A stretch of 64,000 nucleotides of DNA, taken from Candidatus Limnocylindrales bacterium (lineage in GTDB: Bacteria > Moduliflexota > Moduliflexia > Moduliflexales > JAUQPW01). The stretch lies in contig DATMBG010000022.1 in the NCBI GenBank assembly GCA_035559535.1, positions 192,568-256,567 on the forward strand, in the 5' to 3' direction. The position numbers and the translations under genes were made by a program. This document shows positions 57,190-64,000 of the stretch, piece by piece (positions within the stretch are counted from its first letter, which is position 1; the number at the start of each line of letters is the position of its first letter). The notes beneath the pieces were generated by a model, which saw only the letters and a program-made list of their open reading frames with translations, made no database searches and was not told where the DNA came from.

Positions 57190-57480
57190 TTGTCCGTTGT
57201 TTTTAAGATCACCCCGGAAACTACCCCGGATTCCCGACTCAGGTTGCCATTTCCTCCCCCTTCAGGGGAAGGGTGCTTTCAGAGGTAGGTTTTTTAACCT
57301 GATCCCGCTCCCTTTTCCCCCGCTCACGGGGGAATTCCTCCCGTGGACGGGGGGAAGGGGGAAGGAGGAGCCGATCGTTGCCGGGCTCCTTGATTCTCCC
57401 TTCCCTTCAAGGGAAGGGGAGTTAGAGGGGATAGGTTTTAAAAAATGCCCTTGAAAGGAAAGGGTAAGGGGACAGCAGAC
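57190..57480. repeat. cluster of GC-rich short hairpins (cccttc/gaaggg and cccg-tgga-cggg types) related to repeat families B and C
   Basis: ctcccttcccttcaagggaaggggag, cccccgctcacggggg and ctcccgtggacgggggg hairpins read directly. Confidence 0.45.
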
Positions 57481-57503
57481 AACGGCCAACAGGTTATGGA
57501 TCC

Positions 57504-59702
57504 ATGAATCTGGAACAAGAGTTGAATCCTGTACAATTGGAAGCGGTATTGCATACCGAAGGACCCCTTCTTATTTTAGCCGGGGCCGGGAGTGGAAAAA
57601 CGCGGGTCATTACCTATCGAATTGCCCATCTTATCAGAGATAAAGGTGTAAAGCCCTGGAATCTCCTTGCGGTTACTTTTACCAATAAGGCCGCCCGGGA
57701 GATGCAAGAACGAGTTAAATCTCTTCTCCAGGTCTCTTCCCTCTCTAATCTCTGGATCAGTACGTTTCACGCTGCCTGTGTTCGGATTTTAAGAAAAAAT
57801 ATTCACCATCTGGGATTCAAATCCCACTTTGTCATTTATGATACGGCCGACCGGCTGGCCCTGCTCAAGGAATGTGAAAAAGATCTTAATATCGATGAAA
57901 AAACCCTGGCCCCTAAATTAATCTCCTCGCGAATCAGCAATGCTAAAAGCTGTCTTTGGACTCCTGAAGAGTACAAACAACGGGCGACTCAATTTCTAGA
58001 TGAAAAAATTGCCCAGGTCTATCAGCTTTATCAACAAAAGCTGAAACAAAACAATGCCCTGGATTTCGATGATCTGTTAATGGTTACCGTTCAGCTATTC
58101 CAGGAAATCCCAGAAGTGCTCCACTACTACCAGGAGCTTTTTAAATATATTCTGGTCGATGAATATCAAGACACGAATCATGCCCAGTATCGATGGATTT
58201 CTCATCTGGCACAAAAACATCGAAATCTTTGTGTGGTTGGAGATGATGATCAGTCTATTTATGCATTCCGTATGGCGGATATTCGAAACATCCTGGACTT
58301 TGAGAAAGATTATCCAGAGGCCAGACTGATCAAGTTGGAGCAAAATTATCGGTCCACACAAAACATCCTCGATGCAGCCTGGAGTGTAGTGGTCAACAAC
58401 CGCAACCGGAAGCAGAAACGCCTCTGGACGGATAAAGGATCCGGCCATAAGATACTTCTTTATACGGCTTACAATGAATCCGATGAAGCCCGTTTTGTTT
58501 GTGAAACCATCTCTCAGCTTCATCGGCAGGAATCCCGGGATTACAGTCATTTTGCTATCCTCTACCGGATTAATGCTCAGTCCCGATCCTTTGAAGAAAG
58601 CCTGATAAGAGCCAATATTCCCTATACCCTGGTCGGCGGGCTTAAATTCTACGATCGTAAGGAAATTAAAGATTTACTGGCCTATCTGCGGGTTATTGCA
58701 AATTCAAATGATCCCCTGGCTCTCAAGCGGATCCTCAATGTACCTGCCCGCCATATCGGCGAAAAGACCCTGGAGAAAATAGAAAATTTTGCGCGGCAGC
58801 AAGGCTATTTTCTTTTTCAGGCTATGAAAGAGATGGCTAAAACCGACTTACTCCCCTCCAGGGCTTTAAAAGCCATCCATCAGTTCATCCAGCTCATCGA
58901 TGATCTTAAGCTCTATGCAGAGACCCATACCGTTTCCCAGGTTCTCCAACGCCTCCTGGAGGTTACCTCTTACCGAGAGTGGCTCAAGGAAGAAGATCCT
59001 CTGGATGCAGAAAATCGTATTGAAAATATTCAAGAACTTCTTGCGGCTACTTTAGAATTTGAGCAAAATGCCTCGGATAAAAGTCTGCTGGCTTTTCTGG
59101 ACCAGGCTGCCCTCACTTCCGATGTGGATACTTACCAGGCCCAGGCGGGAATGGTAACCCTGATGACTCTGCATAGTGCCAAGGGATTAGAATTTCCCGT
59201 TGTATTCATGGTTGGCATGGAAGAAGGTTTGCTTCCCTATTATCACGGTTCTTCCAACTTTTATCTCAGTGAAGCAGAACGGGAAGAAGAACGGAGGCTT
59301 TGTTATGTAGGTATGACCCGAGCTAAGGAGCGTCTCATTTTAACCCTGGCTAACTCCCGACGCTTTTATGCTTCAGATGGCTGGCAGAGACAACCTTCCA
59401 GTTTTATTGAGGAAATTCCATCTTTTCTTCTGGAAAAAGTATCCCTTTCTGGGATTGAAGTTCAGGGGACCTGGAATCCAGAAGTACAGGAATATAGGAG
59501 GGGCCAGGAACCCCTTACTCCCTCCTACGCCCCTTCGTCCAACAGTTTCCAGGTCGGAGACGAAGTGCGCCATGCTAAATTCGGTAGAGGAGTGGTCCGA
59601 AATATAGAGGGGCAGGGAGATAACCAAAAGGTTATCGTATACTTTTACGATTTCGGTAGAAAAGTCCTCTTGGCTAAACAGGCCAGGTTAGAGCATGTTT
59701 AA
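57504..59702 (+). CDS. ATP-dependent DNA helicase, UvrD/PcrA/Rep family
   Basis: LNPVQLEAV...GPLLILAGAGSGKTRV motif I. Conserved helicase motifs. C-terminal FQVGDEVRHAKFGRGVV Tudor-like domain. 732 aa. Confidence 0.9.
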   Translation: MNLEQELNPVQLEAVLHTEGPLLILAGAGSGKTRVITYRIAHLIRDKGVKPWNLLAVTFTNKAAREMQERVKSLLQVSSLSNLWISTFHAACVRILRKNIHHLGFKSHFVIYDTADRLALLKECEKDLNIDEKTLAPKLISSRISNAKSCLWTPEEYKQRATQFLDEKIAQVYQLYQQKLKQNNALDFDDLLMVTVQLFQEIPEVLHYYQELFKYILVDEYQDTNHAQYRWISHLAQKHRNLCVVGDDDQSIYAFRMADIRNILDFEKDYPEARLIKLEQNYRSTQNILDAAWSVVVNNRNRKQKRLWTDKGSGHKILLYTAYNESDEARFVCETISQLHRQESRDYSHFAILYRINAQSRSFEESLIRANIPYTLVGGLKFYDRKEIKDLLAYLRVIANSNDPLALKRILNVPARHIGEKTLEKIENFARQQGYFLFQAMKEMAKTDLLPSRALKAIHQFIQLIDDLKLYAETHTVSQVLQRLLEVTSYREWLKEEDPLDAENRIENIQELLAATLEFEQNASDKSLLAFLDQAALTSDVDTYQAQAGMVTLMTLHSAKGLEFPVVFMVGMEEGLLPYYHGSSNFYLSEAEREEERRLCYVGMTRAKERLILTLANSRRFYASDGWQRQPSSFIEEIPSFLLEKVSLSGIEVQGTWNPEVQEYRRGQEPLTPSYAPSSNSFQVGDEVRHAKFGRGVVRNIEGQGDNQKVIVYFYDFGRKVLLAKQARLEHV

Positions 59703-59705
59703 AAA

Positions 59706-60848
59706 ATGAAAGTAATTTTGGTTTTCCTTATAATTCTTTTGCTTCTGATTGAGTTTCTCATCATCCGAAAAGGTTTGAGGTCTGCGAAGCGGCAGAGGAC
59801 TTATTATAATCTCTTGAGAAATCAACCTGGTGATTTCGAAAGAACGATTTCGTCGGATAAGGAAGACTGGATCCCTTCTTTTAACTTTACCGACCAAAAA
59901 AAATCCTCCCGACGTAATTCTACGTTACAAGAAGAAATCCAGGAGACCCAACAAACCCAGGTGATCGATGAGTTGGGAGAATTGGAAGAAGTTTCTGAAG
60001 AGGAGGTGATGGATCTCGAAGGGAGTGCTGCTGAATCCCAGGGAGATATTGAACTGGAATCGGAGCTTGAGCCTTCCATTGTATCTCAAGAAGATCAAGA
60101 ACCGGCCCAAGAGGGACATGCTTCCACGCCGGAAGAACATCTGAAAATGGGAATCGAATTGCTCCGGGAGAATAACCTGGAGGCCGGAATCCAGGAGATT
60201 CAAACGGCCATTCGACTTCAGCCTAATCTGGCCGATGCGCATTTTAACCTGGGCCTAGCCTATAGCCTACAGAATAATCCCGAGGCGGCCATGGAGGCCT
60301 ATCAACAGGCGATTCGATTAGACCCCAAATACGGGAAAGCCTATTTTAATCTGGGAACTCTTTTTTTAAAAAAAGGAGAACTCCTGGCGCCGGATTCGCC
60401 CGACTTACCCGATGTTTTGGCTAAAGCAGTAGAATGCCTGGAATATGCCGTCCGATACCTGCCGGATTCAACCAAAGCCCTTTGGAACCTTTATGAAGCT
60501 TATCGACTCAATGCCCAATTCGATAAAGCCCTGGCCATTTTGCTTAAACTTAAAGAAATTGAATCGGAAGATGCCTCCCTCATGAACCATCTGGGAATTT
60601 GTTATGCAAAGCTTGGAGATTACGATCACGCCATTGAATCCTGGGAAAAAGCGTTGGCCCTTAAAGCTCCCTCTCAACTTATTTATTACAATTTGGGAAA
60701 AGCCTATGAAACAAAGGGGGTAGTGGAAAAAGCCATGAGTAATTACAGGCGCTTTATTGCGCTGGCTTCTACTTCCCCGGAACGCAGGTATCTTGTCAGT
60801 GAAGCCAAACAACGCCTGGAAAGCCTGCGAGGATCCGCTCAAGGTTAA
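59706..60848 (+). CDS. tetratricopeptide (TPR) repeat protein with N-terminal TM anchor and acidic linker
   Basis: Five to six TPR units (AHFNLGLAYS..., AYFNLGTLF..., AIESWEKALAL...). Confidence 0.75.
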   Translation: MKVILVFLIILLLLIEFLIIRKGLRSAKRQRTYYNLLRNQPGDFERTISSDKEDWIPSFNFTDQKKSSRRNSTLQEEIQETQQTQVIDELGELEEVSEEEVMDLEGSAAESQGDIELESELEPSIVSQEDQEPAQEGHASTPEEHLKMGIELLRENNLEAGIQEIQTAIRLQPNLADAHFNLGLAYSLQNNPEAAMEAYQQAIRLDPKYGKAYFNLGTLFLKKGELLAPDSPDLPDVLAKAVECLEYAVRYLPDSTKALWNLYEAYRLNAQFDKALAILLKLKEIESEDASLMNHLGICYAKLGDYDHAIESWEKALALKAPSQLIYYNLGKAYETKGVVEKAMSNYRRFIALASTSPERRYLVSEAKQRLESLRGSAQG

Positions 60849-60929
60849 GCAATCTTTCCGGTCGGCAGGGGCGATCCTTGTGGCCTCCTCAAAACAATTT
60901 TATAGCCTGCAAAGTTTATCGGATTCTTT

Positions 60930-62657
60930 ATGTCCACGGAAGATAAAAATAAAACAAAGGACCACTCCCTTAAACCCTCCAGAGGGTTTTCAAAAACCCA
61001 CCCTGTTCTGCAAGAACAAATCGAAAGGGTACTGTACGAAAGTGAAGCCCACTATCGGGCTATTGTTGAAGAGCAAACGGAGCTTGTTTGTCGTTGGTTT
61101 CCGGATGGAACCCTGACCTTTGTCAATGAAGCCTATTGCCGTTATTTCGGCAAAAAACGGGAAGAGTTAATCGGACGTAGCTTTATGCCCTTAATCCCCT
61201 GGGAAGATTACGAAAAATTCCAAAAACACTTTAAGTCCCTCAATCCAGAAAATCCGGTGGGTGTGATTGAGCATCGGGTTCTGTTACCCCATGGGGAAAT
61301 CCGCTGGCAACAATGGGTAGATCGAGCGATCTTTGATGATCAGGGTTGTCTGGTCGAATTTCAATCGGTAGGACGGGATATCACCGAACAGAAGAGGACT
61401 GAAGAGAAACTGCGCCAGTGGAATGCCTACTTAGAAGCCTTGCATGAAACTGCAATAGAATTGATAAACCGGCTGGATTTGACCGATTTACTCCAGGCCA
61501 TTGTTACCCGAGCCGGAGCCCTTGTGGGGACCCAACATGGATATATGCTTTTGGTTGAGGGAACCGAAATGGTAGTGAAGGTGGCCGTGGGAGTAAACAG
61601 TGAATTTATCGGATACCGTATAAAGCTGGAGGAAGGTATGGCCGGAAGAGTCTGGCAGACCGGTCAACCCCTAACTGTAAAGGATTATCGTACCTGGCCT
61701 CATCGTTTGCCTGACCCTCGGTTTGATATCTTCCATGCCGTAGTCACCGTGCCCCTCAAATCCGGTTCACAAGTCGTAGGGGTCCTTACCCTCAACCACC
61801 TGGAAGAAGGCTTAACCTTTGGAGAGGATGAAATCATGATATTGAGTCGGTTCGCTGAACTGGCCTCTATCGCCCTGGATAATGCCCGATTGTATACCTC
61901 CGTTCAACAGGAATTGGCTGAGCGCAAACGGATAGAAGAGGCCTTGCGAGAAAGTGAAGAACATTACCGGATATTACTTAACCAGGCCTGTGAAATGCAA
62001 GAAACTTTACGGAGTTTGTCTAAAGAGGTTTTGCGATTACAAGAAGAGGAACGAAAACGAATCAGCCGCGAGCTTCATGATGAAATCGGACAGGCCTTGA
62101 CTGCCATCAATATGAATCTGGAGATGATGAAAAAAGAAATAGAACCGTATAAAAAAAATCTCCATAAAAGAATCACGGACACCCAAAATTTAGTTGCCCA
62201 GATGATGGAAAGTATCCATCGATTTTCCCGTGAGCTGCGTCCGGCCATATTGGATGATCTGGGACTTATCCCGGCCCTTCGGTCTTATACGAAAAGTTTT
62301 GCAGAACGCACAGGCATCCGGGTTTACCTTCGAACTACGTCGGCTGTGGAAAAACTGGATAGTGAGCGGAAAACCGTTCTTTATCGTATTATTCAAGAAA
62401 GCTTAACCAACGTCTCCAAGCATGCACAGGCCCATAAGGTAAATATTGGAATCAGGAACCTTAAAGGTCGTATATGCCTAGTCATCCAAGATGATGGTAA
62501 AACAGCCCGGATGGGCCAACAGGTGTTCTTATCCAGGCAGGAGAAAAGACTGGGGCTTCTGGGTATGCAAGAACGGGTACGATACGTGAATGGGGAGTTT
62601 TCCGTAGAATCGGAACCCGGAAAAGGGACCACGATCCGGGTGGAGATTCCTTTTTAA
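60930..62657 (+). CDS. cytoplasmic sensor histidine kinase (PAS-GAF-HisKA_3-HATPase)
   Basis: HisKA_3 H-box RELHDEIGQALTA. GAF region. G-boxes at the C-terminus (DDG, GLLGMQER, GKGT). Confidence 0.85.
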   Translation: MSTEDKNKTKDHSLKPSRGFSKTHPVLQEQIERVLYESEAHYRAIVEEQTELVCRWFPDGTLTFVNEAYCRYFGKKREELIGRSFMPLIPWEDYEKFQKHFKSLNPENPVGVIEHRVLLPHGEIRWQQWVDRAIFDDQGCLVEFQSVGRDITEQKRTEEKLRQWNAYLEALHETAIELINRLDLTDLLQAIVTRAGALVGTQHGYMLLVEGTEMVVKVAVGVNSEFIGYRIKLEEGMAGRVWQTGQPLTVKDYRTWPHRLPDPRFDIFHAVVTVPLKSGSQVVGVLTLNHLEEGLTFGEDEIMILSRFAELASIALDNARLYTSVQQELAERKRIEEALRESEEHYRILLNQACEMQETLRSLSKEVLRLQEEERKRISRELHDEIGQALTAINMNLEMMKKEIEPYKKNLHKRITDTQNLVAQMMESIHRFSRELRPAILDDLGLIPALRSYTKSFAERTGIRVYLRTTSAVEKLDSERKTVLYRIIQESLTNVSKHAQAHKVNIGIRNLKGRICLVIQDDGKTARMGQQVFLSRQEKRLGLLGMQERVRYVNGEFSVESEPGKGTTIRVEIPF

Positions 62658-62851
62658 GATTTAATAACGTCCCTTTATGGCAGAATGAAACCTTCTTGTT
62701 GCCGGACTAAAACCCGAGAATAGCGCCGGACCCATAGTATCTCCCCGGATCCTTAAAAAATTATAGATAAAAATAGAACGACCTTGCGAGGAACTTCTTG
62801 ATTCAAGATAAGATAAACGGGTAAGTAAAAGCAATCTTTTGGATCTTATCT

Positions 62852-63508
62852 ATGCAAAAAACCACGATTATCCTGGCCGATGACCACACCATAGTTCGAC
62901 AGGGATTACGTGCCCTGTTAGAAGCAGAGCGTGATATGAAAGTAGTGGGAGAAGCAGAAAACGGAAGACAGGCCGTACAATTAACCAAAAAGCTTCAACC
63001 GGATGTAGTGGTCATGGATATTGCGATGCCTTTACTCAATGGAATTCAGGCAGCCCGACAAATAAGAAAACACAACGCTTCTACCAAAGTGCTCATTCTT
63101 TCCATGTATCAGGACGATGAATATGTATACCAGGCAGTTCAGGTGGGTGTTGCAGGGTACCTGGTTAAACAAACTGCGGCCAATGAATTATTAACGGCCA
63201 TCCGAGAAGTGAAAAAAGGTCACGCTTTTTTCAGTCCTTCTATCTCCAGGCTTTTGGTTGATCAGTATCGAGAAACCTGTGAAAGAAAAATTTTTAAAAA
63301 GAAAGTTAATATCCTTACTCCTCGCGAGTTGGAAGTACTCCAGCTCATTGCAGAAGGCCAATCTAACAAACAAATCGCCGGAGAGCTTTCCATCAGTGTT
63401 AAAACCGTTGAGAAACACCGCCAGCAGATCATGGATAAATTAAGTATACATGATGTGGCAGGTCTCACCCGCTATGCCATTGCAAAGGGAATCATAAAAA
63501 GTAAATAG
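62852..63508 (+). CDS. NarL/FixJ-family response regulator (REC + LuxR-type HTH)
   Basis: DVVVMDIAMP receiver. LTPRELEVLQLIAEGQSNKQIAGELSISVKTVEKHR HTH. Confidence 0.9.
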   Translation: MQKTTIILADDHTIVRQGLRALLEAERDMKVVGEAENGRQAVQLTKKLQPDVVVMDIAMPLLNGIQAARQIRKHNASTKVLILSMYQDDEYVYQAVQVGVAGYLVKQTAANELLTAIREVKKGHAFFSPSISRLLVDQYRETCERKIFKKKVNILTPRELEVLQLIAEGQSNKQIAGELSISVKTVEKHRQQIMDKLSIHDVAGLTRYAIAKGIIKSK

Positions 63509-63830
63509 TCTTCTCAGGTCTTCTGCTACCCTCTGGGGTCTTTTCCTCCCCCCTATTTCAGGTCTTTACCCCATTCACAAAATGGATCGTCCCGGTTTAA
63601 TTTAACAGTAATCCTATTTAATTTTAAGACCTGGTAAACCTTAAATATAGTCATATTTAATACTATTCTTTTAATACTATTCTGGGCTGAGGAGGAGTAT
63701 TTTCTCACCTCGAGACGGATACTTTAAGAATGTCTTTGCCCATGACAACCAGAGCGAAGTTATTTTGTTGGGTAAAGAGACGGTTTCGTCCTCTTTGTTT
63801 TGTTCTGGGTTTTGGCTCATGCCGTTTGTA

Positions 63831-64000
63831 ATGAAATGGTCTATTGAAACAAAAATAGGTAGCGGATTTAGTATAGCCCTGATGTTGATTATTTTTATAG
63901 GAATAGTCTCATATCGGAGTATGGTAAAACTCATGGAAACTGCTAACTGGGTGACCCATACTTACGAAGTTCTTGAAAATCTGGAAGGTTTGTTTTCCTC
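63831..64000 (+). CDS. N-terminus of a CHASE3-domain sensor protein (CDS runs off the window end)
   Basis: Translation MKWSIETKIGSGFSIALMLIIFIGIVSYRSMVKLMETANWVTHTYEVLENLEGLFS gives a TM helix followed by the typical CHASE3 start. Shorter than the ORF-track cutoff, so not listed there. Confidence 0.45.
   Translation, partial: MKWSIETKIGSGFSIALMLIIFIGIVSYRSMVKLMETANWVTHTYEVLENLEGLFS

Noticed and set aside
55912-59702. ParB-like gene + UvrD-like helicase as a Gabija/Hachiman-type defence system
   Set aside because: The helicase has all housekeeping UvrD/PcrA features including the C-terminal Tudor-like domain and full length. There is no OLD/TOPRIM or HamA-like partner, so this is more likely housekeeping.
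63677-63934. ORF 63677..63934 (-) 85 aa
   Set aside because: Overlaps on the opposite strand a better-supported N-terminus of a CHASE3 sensor (TM helix plus the conserved CHASE3 start).

Overview
This 64 kb window is bacterial chromosomal DNA with about 50% GC. Most of it is housekeeping genes, but it also carries several accessory loci and a dense set of structured intergenic repeats.

Gene content by region:
- 1..12.3 kb: one long co-directional minus-strand cluster. It holds a partial enolase-superfamily gene, an alpha/beta hydrolase, an Ldh_2-family dehydrogenase, a split B12-dependent acyl-CoA mutase (large subunit plus separate B12-binding subunit), an SDR oxidoreductase, an NAD-dependent epimerase, a sugar ABC transporter (substrate-binding protein and two permeases) and a 663-aa unknown protein.
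- 12.5..16.2 kb: tRNA-Lys(CTT), a DUF2064-type protein, a CDP-alcohol phosphatidyltransferase, a SOS response-associated peptidase and a cupin.
- 16.8..19.1 kb: a PQQ-dependent methanol/ethanol-family dehydrogenase (it has a D-x-D motif and lacks the vicinal Cys-Cys) followed by a c-type cytochrome.
- 19.4..21.9 kb: a giant BNR plus FG-GAP repeat surface protein.
- 22.5..24.2 kb: YjbQ, then a winged-helix regulator and a membrane protein in one operon.
- 24.3..28.5 kb: a VIT+VWA protein with a PEP-CTERM sorting signal, its adjacent small exosortase, and an EpsI-like protein.
- 28.7..31.8 kb: a DUF58 protein, a BtuF-like binding protein and an OpcA-like protein.
- 32.2..36.0 kb: a peroxiredoxin whose catalytic Cys codon is an in-frame TGA, then zwf and gnd.
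- 36.2..42.6 kb: a B12-binding radical SAM protein, a HEPN/MNT pair, a rhodanese sulfurtransferase, a beta-hydroxyacid dehydrogenase and citrate synthase.
- 42.8..47.5 kb: a lipoprotein binding protein, a sensor kinase and a sigma-54 response regulator.
- 48.6..57.2 kb: an IlvD/EDD dehydratase, a GspE/PilB-type ATPase fused to a C-terminal receiver domain, a bifunctional-nuclease-family protein, MiaB and a ParB-like/thioredoxin-like fusion.
- 57.5..64.0 kb: UvrD/PcrA, a TPR protein, a PAS-GAF HisKA_3 kinase with a NarL-type regulator, and the start of a CHASE3 sensor.

The most interesting signals are:
- the candidate selenocysteine peroxiredoxin embedded in the gnd-zwf operon;
- a family of long hairpin-forming heptamer (TGGGAGT-like) repeat elements with four copies;
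- a second GC-rich repeat family with three copies sharing a conserved ~60-nt module;
- the XrtN-like VIT/PEP-CTERM exosortase locus with a candidate divergent regulator;
- an orphan GspE-REC fusion.
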